The notes under the pieces are model-generated. The model was not told the origin of the DNA, ran no database searches, and was given only the letters and a program-made list of their open reading frames with translations. Position numbers and translations under genes: made by a program. A stretch of 63,048 nucleotides of DNA, filler included, from Octopus bimaculoides (lineage: Eukaryota): assembly GCF_001194135.2 (NCBI RefSeq). It is 4 parts of 4 records of this genome, joined end to end, with 100 filler letters (N's around TTAATTAATTAA, not from the genome) between each part and the next. Parts side by side here need not be neighbours in the genome. Positions count along the whole stretch, not along the records: positions 16,295 to 32,605 come from NC_068998.1; positions 32,706 to 56,168 come from NC_068992.1; 2 more parts are not named here. One strand, written 5' to 3'. Numbering within the stretch: the stretch's first letter is position 1; each line of letters begins with the position of its first letter. This document shows positions 25,360 through 36,953 of the stretch, piece by piece.

Positions 25360-25393
25360 ATGAAATACTGTGTATGTATTCTTGTCTGTGTTC
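25360..25393 (+). CDS. Candidate coding exon 1 (signal-peptide start), plus-strand copy
   Basis: ATG AAA TAC TGT GTA TGT ATT CTT GTC TGT GTT C|gtaagt = MKYCVCILVCV, phase 1, strong donor. Its exon 2 would lie beyond the 100-N join at 26027. Confidence 0.5.
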
Positions 25394-25514
25394 GTAAGTA
25401 ACGTGTAATTTTTTTCATAAATTATTTTATGCGTAATATATGATTCTTTTCTCTCTTTCTCGACATTTATGTGTGTGAGAGAGGGAGTATGTGTATGTGT
25501 CTTTTGCTGTATAT

Positions 25515-25566
<52 letters not shown>

Positions 25567-26361
25567 GTGTATGTATGTATGTGTGTGTGTGTCTGTACAT
25601 GTTGTTGGGCGTGAGTGCATATGTGTGTATCACAAATACTGCTTTGAACCCCGACTTAGAGAAAGCAGATGTCTTGGATTCAGTCGCGTTTATTTGTTTC
25701 AATTTAGACACGATTTTTCAAGAACAGAAGGATGCATTACAAAGAATCATTCAGGTATGATTGGCCTCGCGACCAGCCCGAACCATTTAGATAGGGAGAC
25801 CGATTCGGACAAGGATTCTGGTCAATATTTGCGGTTTTGTTTTTGTTAATTTTTGAGAGTGGTGTGGTGTATTTTTAGTATTTCTTGCTCGTGAACGCAG
25901 TCGAGTTTATTTCAGATATTCTGGTTTTAAAAATCATTTCCGGCTAATCGTTGGGAGGAAGTTGGTGTTTTCTTCGCGGAGATTTGGTCTCTCTAATTAT
26001 TCTTGTTGATATTCTAATAAACAATTNNNNNNNNNNNNNNNNNNNNNNNNNNNNNNNNNNNNNNNNNNNNNNNNNNNNNNNNNNNNNNNNNNNNNNNNNN
26101 NNNNNNNNNNNNNNNNNNNNNNNNNNCAACCGGACGGAAATCACTCGTAGAGGGCACTAAATTGCTCATCAGTTATGACCCAAAATATTAATACTGATTT
26201 TCGCACAATTAACGGTAAAACTGTATTTCCTTGAGATTTCGTCCTCTATTACTCGTTGTTTATTTACAATGTATTTTTCATTTATGATAAATATATACAT
26301 TAATACATTCAATTATTAAAACTATGAATGAAAATAATCATTATAAAGAAAGCGAACTTAC

Positions 26362-26461
26362 TTGCACAATAATGTGTCAGGATCACGTATAGGATATACT
26401 CTCATAGTTTTATTACAAGTTTTCTTGGCCTGTTCGTAGCAAAATTCTGATACCGCAGCAT
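26362..26461 (-). CDS. Candidate exon 2 of the Cys-rich family (phase 1-2)
   Basis: Acceptor aaatttatag (weak pyrimidine tract), donor gtaagt; 100 nt open: (H)AAVSEFCYEQAKKTCNKTMRVYPIRDPDTLLC(N). Phase-compatible with exon 1 upstream on the same contig and with the 89-nt exon 3. Confidence 0.58.
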
Positions 26462-27505
26462 CTATAAATTTATTATTAATTCAATAGACATTTATGTTTT
26501 ATCGTTTTCTTTATTTCACTCATTGAAGAGTTGTTACGTATTGGTACTGACATTATGAATTTAGCACAAGAAATATTTCCGAACATGGAACACATGATAT
26601 ATGCTTATGTTTCCGAGACACTAAATATTAACGATTCCAATGAACCATCACACAAAATGTAAGCTGGTTCTGAATCAACGCAATCAGAAAGGCAAACAGG
26701 TACACATATTCATATATGTTTAAATGGGCTTCTTGCATTTTCCACTATCTCCAATTTTATTCATCGTTCTGTTGATGTAGTAGAGGAAACTGAACCAGTG
26801 TAGCACGTATTGTTTCTCGATCCTAGACGATGTTAATGAGGAGCAAACGTCTCAAATACACAGTCATACAAGTGCTTAGTGTTATAATTTGAAGGACGAT
26901 TTTGTTTAAATTTCGTTTTTGCGTTCATAGTTCGGATCTTTTATCATTTTTTGATCATACAACAACATTGGCAATAAGAAATCTGAGAGTTTATGGTCTA
27001 AGAATAAAAATAAAATGACAACTATATTGGTGTCGTCTTTTCCAAATTATTTATTAGAATATGAACAAGAACAATAAGAGAGACCAAATCTCCGCGAAGA
27101 AAACACCAACTTCCTCTCAACGATTAGCCGGAAATGATTTTTAAAACCAGAATATCTGAAATAAACTCGACTGCGTTCACGAGCAAGAAATACTAAAAAT
27201 GCATCACACCACTCTCAAAAATTAACAAAAACAAAACCGCAAATATTGACCAGAATCCTTGTCCGAATCGATCTCCCTATCTAAATGGTTCGGGCTGGTC
27301 GCGAGGCCAATCATACCTGAATGATTCATTCTAATGCATCCTTCTGTTCTTGAAAAATCGTGTCTAAAGTGAAACAAATAAACGCGACTGAATCCAAGAC
27401 ATCTGCTTTCTCTAAGTCGGGGTTCAAAGCAGTATTTGTGATACACACATATGAAGTCACGCCCAACAACATGTACAGACACACACACACACACATACAT
27501 ACATA

Positions 27506-27546
<41 letters not shown>

Positions 27547-27663
27547 ATACAGCAAATGACACAGACACATACTCTCTCTCACACACATAAATGTCGAGAA
27601 AGAGATAAAAGAATCATATATTACGCATAAAATAATTTATGAAGAAAATTACACGTTACTTAC

Positions 27664-27697
27664 GAACACAGACAAGAATACCTATACAGTATTTCAT
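27664..27697 (-). CDS. Candidate coding exon 1 (signal-peptide start), minus-strand copy
   Basis: MKYCIGILVCV + C|gtaagt. Spliced to 26362-26461 it gives MKYCIGILVCVHAAVS-EFCYEQ..., a plausible 16-aa signal peptide with A-x-S cleavage site. Confidence 0.58.
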
Positions 27698-29145
27698 CGT
27701 TGTTACTCGAATCATACTCGGTTCCAACTGTTAAAATTTTAAAAAATTGAAATATATTAGAGTGGCGCAAAATTTTAATGGTGTGACTAAATTGGACTCC
27801 TTTGAAATGAATGCAAACAAATTTTATTACTATTGTTTCATATGTCGAAATAAATATTCAGGTACTCTATTTAAATGCATATTTTATAAAATGTTTCTCT
27901 TTGAAGACTTCACATATTCTAAATATGATTTTTATTTGTATCGGGGATGTCGTGTGTGGAAACTTTGAGGAAGTGGATAAGATCGAAATCTGTAGTATTA
28001 TGTATTATAATTTCTCGTCTTGTTGCTGTTGCTGAAGTGAACTTCACGTTCTTTTGTGGTTACGTTTATAATATTCATTTCACAGTCGTATATGCTCTTA
28101 ATTCTAGAACCTCCGCTCCATTTTCAGAGCTTGCATTCTAAATGCTGTTTGTTCAGTAAACTACTTCCTAAATCTTCTCTTTGACATTCTACAATTTTTC
28201 TGCTCTTGGCTCACTCGTTTCTACAATTTCTATTCTGCTCTCATCATTGCGTGTTGGCACACTCCTTCCTCGATTGTTCAGTAGCAAAATATTTTCCGTA
28301 TGAAATTTTGCGTCAAGTCAGTAGTTTGATGAATAATATTGTCATCTTACTGTTGCAAACAGCTAAGTTCTTCTCTTCCTATTTATTATCACCCGTTATT
28401 GAATAATATCCACTCGTTAATANNNNNNNNNNNNNNNNNNNNNNNNNNNNNNNNNNNNNNNNNNNNNNNNNNNNNNNNNNNNNNNNNNNNNNNNNNNNNN
28501 NNNNNNNNNNNNNNNNNNNNNNNNNNNNNNNNNNNNNNNNNNNNNNNNNNNNNNNNNNNNNNNNNNNNNNNNNNNNNNNNNNNNNNNNNNNNNNNNNNNN
28601 NNNNNNNNNNNNNNNNNNNNNNNNNNNNNNNNNNNNNNNNNNNNNNNNNNNNNNNNNNNNNNNNNNNNNNNNNNNNNNNNNNNNNNNNNNNNNNNNNNNN
28701 NNNNNNNNNNNNNNNNNNNNNNNNNNNNNNNNNNNNNNNNNNNNNNNNNNNNNNNNNNNNNNNNNNNNNNNNNNNNNNNNNNNNNNNNNNNNNNNNNNNN
28801 NNNNNNNNNNNNNNNNNNNNNNNNNNNNNNNNNNNNNNNNNNNNNNNNNNNNNNNNNNNNNNNNNNNNNNNNNNNNNNNNNNNNNNNNNNNNNNNNNNNN
28901 NNNNNNNNNNNNNNNNNNNNNNNNNNNNNNNNNNNNNNNNNNNNNNNNNNNNNNNNNNNNNNNNNNNNNNNNNNNNNNNNNNNNNNNNNNNNNNNNNNNN
29001 NNNNNNNNNNNNNNNNNNNNNNNNNNNNNNNNNNNNNNNNGTTTGTGTGTGTGTGAGTGAGTGTAATTAATAAAAAACCAAAGGAAATAAAAAGAGTAAT
29101 AGCACAGCGTGAGGACCCGGTACATGCAAAAGTGAGATATTTGTG

Positions 29146-29195
<50 letters not shown>

Positions 29196-30966
29196 CGTGC
29201 GTGTGTGTGTGATTCTATATATATATATATATACATGTGCATATATATATGCGTATATATATATATATATATATGTGTGTGCGTGTGTGTGTATGTGTGT
29301 GTGTGTATGTGTTTGTGTGTGTGAGTGTAATTAATAAAAAAAACAAAGGAAATAACAAGAATAATAGCACAGCGTGAGGACCTGGTACATGCAAAAGTGA
29401 GATATTTGTGTATATATATATGTGAGTGTGTGTGTGTGTCTGTGTCTGTGTGTGTGTATGAACGAAATTATATTTACTTACTTATAACAAGAAGATCGTT
29501 AAGAAGTGATGCATTCACACGATGGAGCAGTGGATGAACATATATTCTGTAACCTTATATATAAAACACCCGCGAAGCCGCAATGTTGTTTTATGTCACA
29601 GAAGTGAAGTGAAATTTACATTTTATAATGTGTCATTGCCATGTATTATATTTATGGGATATTCATAAACTATTAGATATAATTAACCTACTGTTTATTC
29701 CTCAAGAAACATAAGGCCATATTTTATTCTGACAAAGTATAACATTGTATTCGAGTAGAAATATCGTTTGAAGTGTTGGCAGATCCTGGGAGATAACACA
29801 AATTACTAATCATATTCTGGCCCCAGGGCGTCTTCCAGGAAAACCAATTGTCTGTTAATGGTACCCTTCACAGCAAAGTAGAAAATCTTGTACGTAGTAT
29901 GCGAAAACACGCTCACACAGACACACACGTGTGTTTTATGTCTGTATACAGTTATTTTATTCAGAACTGGTAGAAATTTACAGGGATTCGTTTGGAATTC
30001 TTTATTTTCAAACTTTTAAAGACTTTACCGCTGTCACTAATTATTGTAATATTCCAAACTTGAAAGTTCTTGAAAGTTCTCGAAATTTAATCTGTCAAAT
30101 GATAGAATGGACAGGAGTTGGTTCTATGTAGCCTTTTGGCTGAATAGTTATTGTATGTAGCTATGTATGCAAGTACCAAACTGAGATATTATTCTTAGAT
30201 TCTTGTATTCATTTAATTGTTTCACTCATTTAACTGGGGCCATACTAGAACACGGTCTTTAGTCGAACAAATCGACCCGTCACATATACCTTTTAAGTCT
30301 GGTACTTATTCAGTCGACCTCTTTGCCGAACACCTAATTTACATGGACATGAACACGCTAACATTGTTCGTCAAGCGATGGTGAGTAAAAAAGACAGACN
30401 NNNNNNNNNNNNNNNNNNNNNNNNNNNNNNNNNNNNNNNNNNNNNNNNNNNNNNNNNNNNNNNNNNNNNNNNNNNNNNNNNNNNNNNNNNNNNNNNNNNN
30501 NNNNNNNNNNNNNNNNNNNNNNNNNNNNNNNNNNNNNNNNNNNNNNNNNNNNNNNNNNNNNNNNNNNNNNNNNNNNNNNNNNNNNNNNNNNNNNNNNNNN
30601 NNNNNNNNNNNNNNNNNNNNNNNNNNNNNNNNNNNNNNNNNNNNNNNNNNNNNNNNNNNNNNNNNNNNNNNNNNNNNNNNNNNNNNNNNNNNNNNNNNNN
30701 NNNNNNNNNNNNNNNNNNNNNNNNNNNNNNNNNNNNNNNNNNNNNNNNNNNNNNNNNNNNNNNNNNNNNNNNNNNNNNNNNNNNNNNNNNNNNNNNNNNN
30801 NNNNNNNNNNNNNNNNNNNNNNNNNNNNNNNNNNNNNNNNNNNNNNNNATATATATATATATATACGTATACATACATAGGAGAGGATTCACAAAATAAC
30901 AGGCAAAGACAGGTGGTGTAGACAACAAACAAACGTATTAGTTTAACCCTCGGGAGATGAAGACGT

Positions 30967-31002
30967 CTTTAACGTTTCGACTGTACGCTCGTCCACAGAA
31001 AG
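30967..31002 (-). ncRNA. Second minimal hammerhead-like motif (degenerate), inside a (TA)n-flanked repeat at about 30860-31075
   Basis: Minus strand CTTT-CTGTGGA-C-gagcgtacagtc-GAAAC-GTT-AAAG: perfect stem I and palindromic AACGTT helix III; core variant CTGTGGA and a partly broken stem II. Confidence 0.4.
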
Positions 31003-31483
31003 GAACACAGAAAGAAACAGGAGTGACAATAAGGAATGTGTAGTGGGTAGCGAGCCATCATAGCGAAACCTAATATATAAGGTATCAATTTCTAGACGTA
31101 CGTCACAATATTATTTCATTCTTAATTTGGCCTGTTATTTCGGACTAACTTTCCGTGTCGGTGATATGAATTGCATACTGAAAGAATGATATTTCACTAT
31201 ATTACATTGAAATTATAGGTTTAGTGTACAGTTATTTGAAGGATAATTTAGTACATGTTCTGTTTCTCAGATTTCTCCATATTTTGACTGTAGTTTAAGC
31301 GATTGTTACGTTCTTCAAGAAAGAACCATACGGAATTTGAAATCAGTTTTTATTTATGAATATGTTTACGTGAAATACATAAGCATCAGCTGAGACAGCA
31401 TTCGTCACAACAATACCGATATTATTAGAAGCAATAATAGGATCCATATTGACTCAAGGCGGATCGAAGGAGGAGCATTTTGT

Positions 31484-31497
31484 TCAACCAATACTCT
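31484..31497 (-). CDS. Candidate terminal exon 4, copy 3: GPI tail out of frame
   Basis: Same 2-nt loss as copy 2 (ends ESIG*); the hydrophobic IWILLLLLIISVLL* frame is still present in the DNA down to 31405 but out of phase. Confidence 0.4.
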
Positions 31498-32452
31498 CTA
31501 GAAGAACTAAAAAATTGCTGATTCGTTAGCGTATTCTCTATCTAGAATAAATAGAAAATAGGTGATCAATTAATTTGTTCGTTATATTCATTGACTTTTC
31601 AATAAGCGTTAATATAAATGACTTGTAACAAAAAAATATATATATATAAAATGCACGTTTTTATTATTGTAATCTTCCTGACCTCAATTTGGTACATTCT
31701 CAACTTCAATGGATTTGCAAATTAACAAAAATAGAAATTTAACAATTGATTCGACTTAACAAATTTATATTTTATTGCAAATGAAATTTTAAATACTTGA
31801 AATTGCATACAGTGTTGTTGGCATTCCGTCGCTTACGACTTTGAGGGTTCCAGTTGATCCGATCAACAGAACAGCCTGCTCGTGAAATTAACGTGCAAGT
31901 AGCTGAGCACTCCACAGACACGTGTGTTCTCGGGGATATTCAGCGTGACACAGTGTGACAAGTCTGACCCTTTGAAATACCAGTACATCAGAAACAGGAA
32001 GTTAGAGTGATAGAAATGTGTGGTGAAAGAGTACAGCAGGTTACGCTACCATCCCCTGCTTGAGCCTCGTGGAGCATTAGGTGTTTTCGCTCAATAAACA
32101 CTCACATCGCCCAGTCTGGGAATCGAAACCGCGGTCCTATGACCGTGAGTCCGCAGCACTAACCACTAGGCCATTGCACCTTCACCCTTGAAATTACATA
32201 CAATATTTATATGCATACTCGCAATATACACAGTGATTATAGTTATGCTTAACTGAATGAGAATTATTAACTGATAACCAAACCATTAGAAAAGCCAATT
32301 TCATTCAAGATAATAGTTCCATTCAATGAAAATAGGTGTTCACTGGAATATTAGGTAATAAAATTTAGTGCAAAATAACGATTGTATGTATTCAATCCTT
32401 TGAAACATTATTAATTTTCGTAAAAGTACAATAGTTAATGCCAATATCTTAC

Positions 32453-32541
32453 CATATCTCTCCTTCTTAAATAGGTCGGCAAATAATTTAGCACAAAAAC
32501 CGAAGTGACTTTTGAAACAGGCAAGGAACATATTTATTCGA
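32453..32541 (-). CDS. Candidate exon 3, copy 3, of the Cys-rich family
   Basis: Acceptor tttgcttttag, donor gtaaga; 89 nt: RINMFLACFKSHFGFCAKLFADLFKKERY(G). The last Cys is replaced by Tyr. Confidence 0.6.
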
Positions 32542-32705
32542 CTAAAAGCAAAAATAAATTTCGAGATAAAATTATAATATATGTCATGGAATAACATTCT
32601 ATATANNNNNNNNNNNNNNNNNNNNNNNNNNNNNNNNNNNNNNNNNNNNTTAATTAATTAANNNNNNNNNNNNNNNNNNNNNNNNNNNNNNNNNNNNNNN
32701 NNNNN

Positions 32706-34349
32706 TTATACCTAAGGCACTTAATATGATAGGAATTGTTTCTGTTTTTAGATTCCACATTCGAGTTACCTCTATATCCAGGTCTTTGCATTTTGGAAGA
32801 TTCTCCATTTCTTTTAGGGAAACGTTGTCATCTGCTGGTATTGATACATCAATTAAAAATCATTTTGTCCTTCATGATCTTTGACAACTATATCTGGTCT
32901 ATTGGCCTTAATTTCTCTATCTGTGTGTATTGGCATATCCCAGAGTATGTTTGCTTTCTCGTTTTCTGTGACCTTTTCTGGCGTGTGTTTATACCATCTT
33001 TTTTCTGTTGTTATTCCATAGTGTTGGCATAGCTTCCAGTGTATATATGCCCCAGCTCTGTTTTGTCTGTGAATATATTCCTTCTTAACCAGGACTGGGC
33101 AACCATAGATAATATGATTTATTGTCTCTTGTCTATCGCCACATATTCTACAGTTACTTGTTATGTTTCTTTTCATTATATGTTTTTGGTAATTTCTGGT
33201 GGGCAGTCTTTGGTCTTGTGCAGAAATTAAAAATCCTTCAGTCTCTGCTTTGAGTCCTGAGCTTCTCAACCATTGCTGGGATTTTTCTATGTCTATTTGT
33301 TTTTACCATGTAGCCCAGTATTTACCATGTAGGTGCTTTTCTTGCCATCGTTTTATCATGGTCCGTTGCTGTTCTAGTTTTAGTTTGGATTTCATTTGTT
33401 TTATAGCTTTTGTTGTTTCTTCTTCTTCTTCTTCTTCTTCTTCTTCTTCTTCTTCTTCTTCTTCTTCTTCTTCTTCTTCTTCTTCTTCTTCTTCTTCTTC
33501 TTCTTCTTCTCAATCTTCTTCTTCTTCTCAATCTTCTTCTTCTTCTTCGTATTTGTTAGGTAGTATGATTTCTTGTTTGTATTTGTCAGCTTCCTTAAAT
33601 ACTGAAAACAGTTTTTTGTTTTGCTCGTGTTTTGTGGCTATTTGTATTAGTTTTTCTTGCTTCTGAAGTAGGTATTTTTGCAGTCCTGTGGTGGTTATTT
33701 CATAATAGTTTTCCAAAGACCCCTACCACCTTCTGTACGTTATATATATAGCCTTTCTATGTCAGATTTTGGGTGGTGCATCCTAGATCCTGTCATTATT
33801 TTTCTTGTTTTCCTGTCTATTTCAGATAGTTCGTTTAGTGTCCAGTTAAGGATAGTGTAGCTGTAACTTATAACTGGGATGGCTAAAGTGTTAATACCTA
33901 TTATCTTCTTTTTAGCATTGAGCTCTGTTTTTAGTATTGATCTAACGCGTCTCTTTCTTTACTTTTTCTTTCATTTGTGTATGTTGTACCCTATCTAGTT
34001 CATTGATTCCTGAATATTTGTATGGCTGGCTTTCGTCTAATTCTTTTATTTCATTGGCTTTATCTAATGTGATGTTGCTACTCTTAACTAGTATTCATCT
34101 TTTCAGGGTTGCTTTGGCACATTTTTCTAATCCGAATTTCATATCCATTTCCTTGGTAAATCCATGTACTGTCTGTAGTAGTGTTTCCAGCTCTTTATCA
34201 TTTCTAGCGTATAATTTTAGGTCATCCATATATAAAAGGTGGCTGACTGTTTTGCCGTAACATTTGTATCCGCATCCAGTTCTATTTAGCAATTCAGTTA
34301 AAGATGTGAGTGCTAGGCGGAACAGGAGTGGAGAGAGTGTGTGTCGCCC
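32706..34349 (-). mobile_element. R4/Dong-clade non-LTR retrotransposon, 5'-truncated and decayed (RT, CCHC finger, REL endonuclease)
   Basis: GD.LSPLLF.LAL, LLYMDDLKLYARNDKELETLL...FGLEKCAK, GLKAETEGFLISAQDQ.LPTRNY, CRICGDRQETINHII.GC, HWKLC, NILWDMPIHTDREIKANRPDIVV. Cut by the scaffold spacer at 32705. Confidence 0.92.
33418..33548. repeat. (TTC)n microsatellite expanded inside the R4 ORF
   Basis: Direct reading; (GAA)n on the element strand. Confidence 0.95.
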
Positions 34350-34394
<45 letters not shown>

Positions 34395-35924
34395 ATCTCT
34401 CAGGAGATGTTAACGAGTTTATCAAGAAACTATTACTCGGAGATCAGAATAACTTTAACCTGATATGGAGATAAAAGGCACCAAAACTTTGAATACAGAA
34501 ACAGGCGCTGAAAAGCATTTGTACAAGAAAAGAGGGAACTGTCAAAGAAACTTAGAAGGATTGCATAAGAGAAACAAATGTCTTGGGATTTTAACTAATT
34601 GGCAGCATGTTACTAGGTAAGTATGTTCGCAAATCCAACTCTCCTATTATATATGCACATTGTATCCGTTGACAGACAAAAGACGCAGATTCTGGAGGTG
34701 TCCTTAATAGAACTAAAACCGATGGATGTGCCATTCATTTTCTTCACAAAATTAGAAAGGTTTTCGTTCATTATTGACAATAGGTGGCACTCCGTCGGTT
34801 ACGACGACGAAGGTTCCTTGTTGATCCGATCAACGGAAAACTTGCTCGTGAAATTACCGTGCAAGTGGCCGAACACTCCACAGACACGTGTACTCTTAAC
34901 GACGTTCTCGGGGAGATTCAGCGTGATACAGAGTGTGACACAGCTGGCCCTTGGAAATGCAGGTACAACAGATACAGGAAGAAAGAGTGAGAGAACGTTG
35001 TGGTGAAAGAGTATAACAGGGTTCGCCACCACCCCCTGCCGGAGCCTCTTGGATCTTTAGGTGATTTCGCCCAATAAACACTCAGAACGCACGGTCTGGG
35101 AATCGAAACCGCGATCCTACGACTGCGAATCCGCTGCCCTAACAACTGTGTCAAAGCGCCTCCACATTATTGACAACAGATAAACTGTGTCTGTAACTAA
35201 GTTAATTAATGAGTTATAATGATTTTAAAAAATCATATAATATAGACATATAACTTCTGTGTGTGTGATTGTTTGTGTGCGTCTGTTCGTGCGTGTGTGT
35301 ACATATGCATGTATTTGCGTGTTTTTTTTCTGACTTATCCACACCGCTTGTCAACGAGCACTGGTTTGTTTATGTCCCACAGCTTGACGCTTCGTCATGA
35401 AAGGCAACTAGAGCTTGTATCAATTCGTTCGATCAAAATATTAAAGGTGTCGCAGTCCAGTGATTGTAACCATTACAAGAATTTGTCTACCTGTCACTTT
35501 TCGAACATGACCTATTTTAGTTCAACCGATTGTTTTGCTCTCCCGGTGAAACATATCACCTAGTACCATAGGAATCCATTATTGATACAACAGAAACATA
35601 TCTAACGCAAAAATAATAACTGTAACAAGAATAATCAATAGAAAAGTGTAATTCGATACTAGAATCTATTTTCGCAAAGGACAACGATCAAAGTCCATTT
35701 CTTTGTTAAGAGTGTTAGAGCATGTATTTAATATATTTATTATATTTATTATATTTATTATTTACTCAAACGTCTATTGTTTTGGTTTACGCCTTCGAAG
35801 CATTCACATTCAATCAATTGAGAATTGTGTAGTGACTGACATCACAAACAGCGTTACTGTCTTCCTTAACATTGCACTTATTTTCGGTCATATGTTCTAC
35901 TCTCGAATTCCGCCTCCTCATCTA

Positions 35925-36285
35925 TCTTATCATTATCATCATCACCACCACCACCACCACCACCACCATCGGAGCTGCCGCCGCCGCCACCAACGCCGCC
36001 TCCACCATCACTACGACGACGACGACGACGACGAGGAAGACGACGACGACGACGAGCACCAACACCACCACGTGACTGTATTCATCGTTACTGTCATGAT
36101 CAACGACATGATTACTGACGTCATTATGATCATCTTCGTGATCGTAATCTTCATCATGTCCTCGTCGCCATCATCATCGTCAATGTTTGATCGACATCTT
36201 TACTCTCATCATCATCATCATCATCATCAGCATCAGCATCATCGACAACAACAGCAACAACAACAACTGCATCACGATCAACAAA
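35925..36285. repeat. Compound trinucleotide repeat (CAT/CAC/GAC/CAG/CAA)
   Basis: Direct reading. Similar low-complexity tracts at 43315-43500 (ATT) and 60990-61250 (CAT/CAC). Confidence 0.9.
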
Positions 36286-36720
36286 TGGTGGAATGAGAAA
36301 AAGGAGAATACACAAACTTAAGTTGGAATATTCAAATGAAATCGAATGGGAAAAGAGGATAAAGGAAAGAAAACCAAGAAAGGAAAGAAGAGTCACGCGC
36401 CCCTTGTTTTTCGAAGTCAGAAATAAATGAATGGTGTTCAAATCAGAATTACTATAACAGATGTAAAATAACTCAAGGGTGCTGGTACCTAAACGTTTAA
36501 GGTGCATCCTTAACCCGGAGGTGGTTTCCTCCGGTTTGATGAAATAAATTTGTACGAAGGCGCAGCAGTGGCTTTGTGGTTAGTAGGTTGCTTACCAACT
36601 ACATGGTTCCGGGATCAATCCCACTACGTGGGACCTTGGGCAAGAGTCTTCTACTATTACCTCGGGTCGCCCAAAGCATTATGAGTTGATATAGTAGACG
36701 GAACCTGAAATAAGCCCATC

Positions 36721-36760
<40 letters not shown>

Positions 36761-36919
36761 NNNNNNNNNNNNNNNNNNNNNNNNNNNNNNNNNNNNNNNN
36801 NNNNNNNNNNNNNNNNNNNNNNNNNNNNNNNNNNNNNNNNNNNNNNNNNNNNNNNNNNNNNNNNNNNNNNNNNNNNNNNNNNNNNNNNNNNNNNNNNNNN
36901 NNNNNNNNNNNNNNNNNNN

Positions 36920-36953
<34 letters not shown>

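Larger units (their letters stand above)
16930..32605. repeat. Multi-copy segmental unit (~6-7 kb) carrying the Cys-rich genes, in direct and inverted copies
   Basis: Block A (exons 3-4 plus SINE): 16930-18480 (+), 18688-19881 (+), 31081-32605 (-). Block B: 20660-21900 (+), 22893-24100 (+), 29440-30399 (-). Block C: 22083-22792 (+), 24140-24674 (+), about 28130-28422 (-). Block D (exon 1): 25089-26026 (+), 27075-28010 (-). Intronic identity is visibly in the mid-90s percent. Confidence 0.9.

Noticed and set aside
25708-25754. 47-nt AG/GT-bounded segment in intron 1 of the Cys-rich genes
   Set aside because: The phase needed after exon 1 has a stop in the minus copy and would break the signal peptide; at most a cryptic exon.
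26529-26658. Plus-strand 130-nt open frame with splice-like ends (LLRIGTDIMNLAQEIFPNMEHM...)
   Set aside because: Single copy, antisense within intron 1 of the better-supported minus-strand model, and no recognisable homology or compatible next exon.
35703-36296. 197-aa His/Asp/Gln-rich ORF
   Set aside because: Produced by compound trinucleotide repeats; same for the ORFs at 33199-33666, 43271-43567 and 60776-61426.
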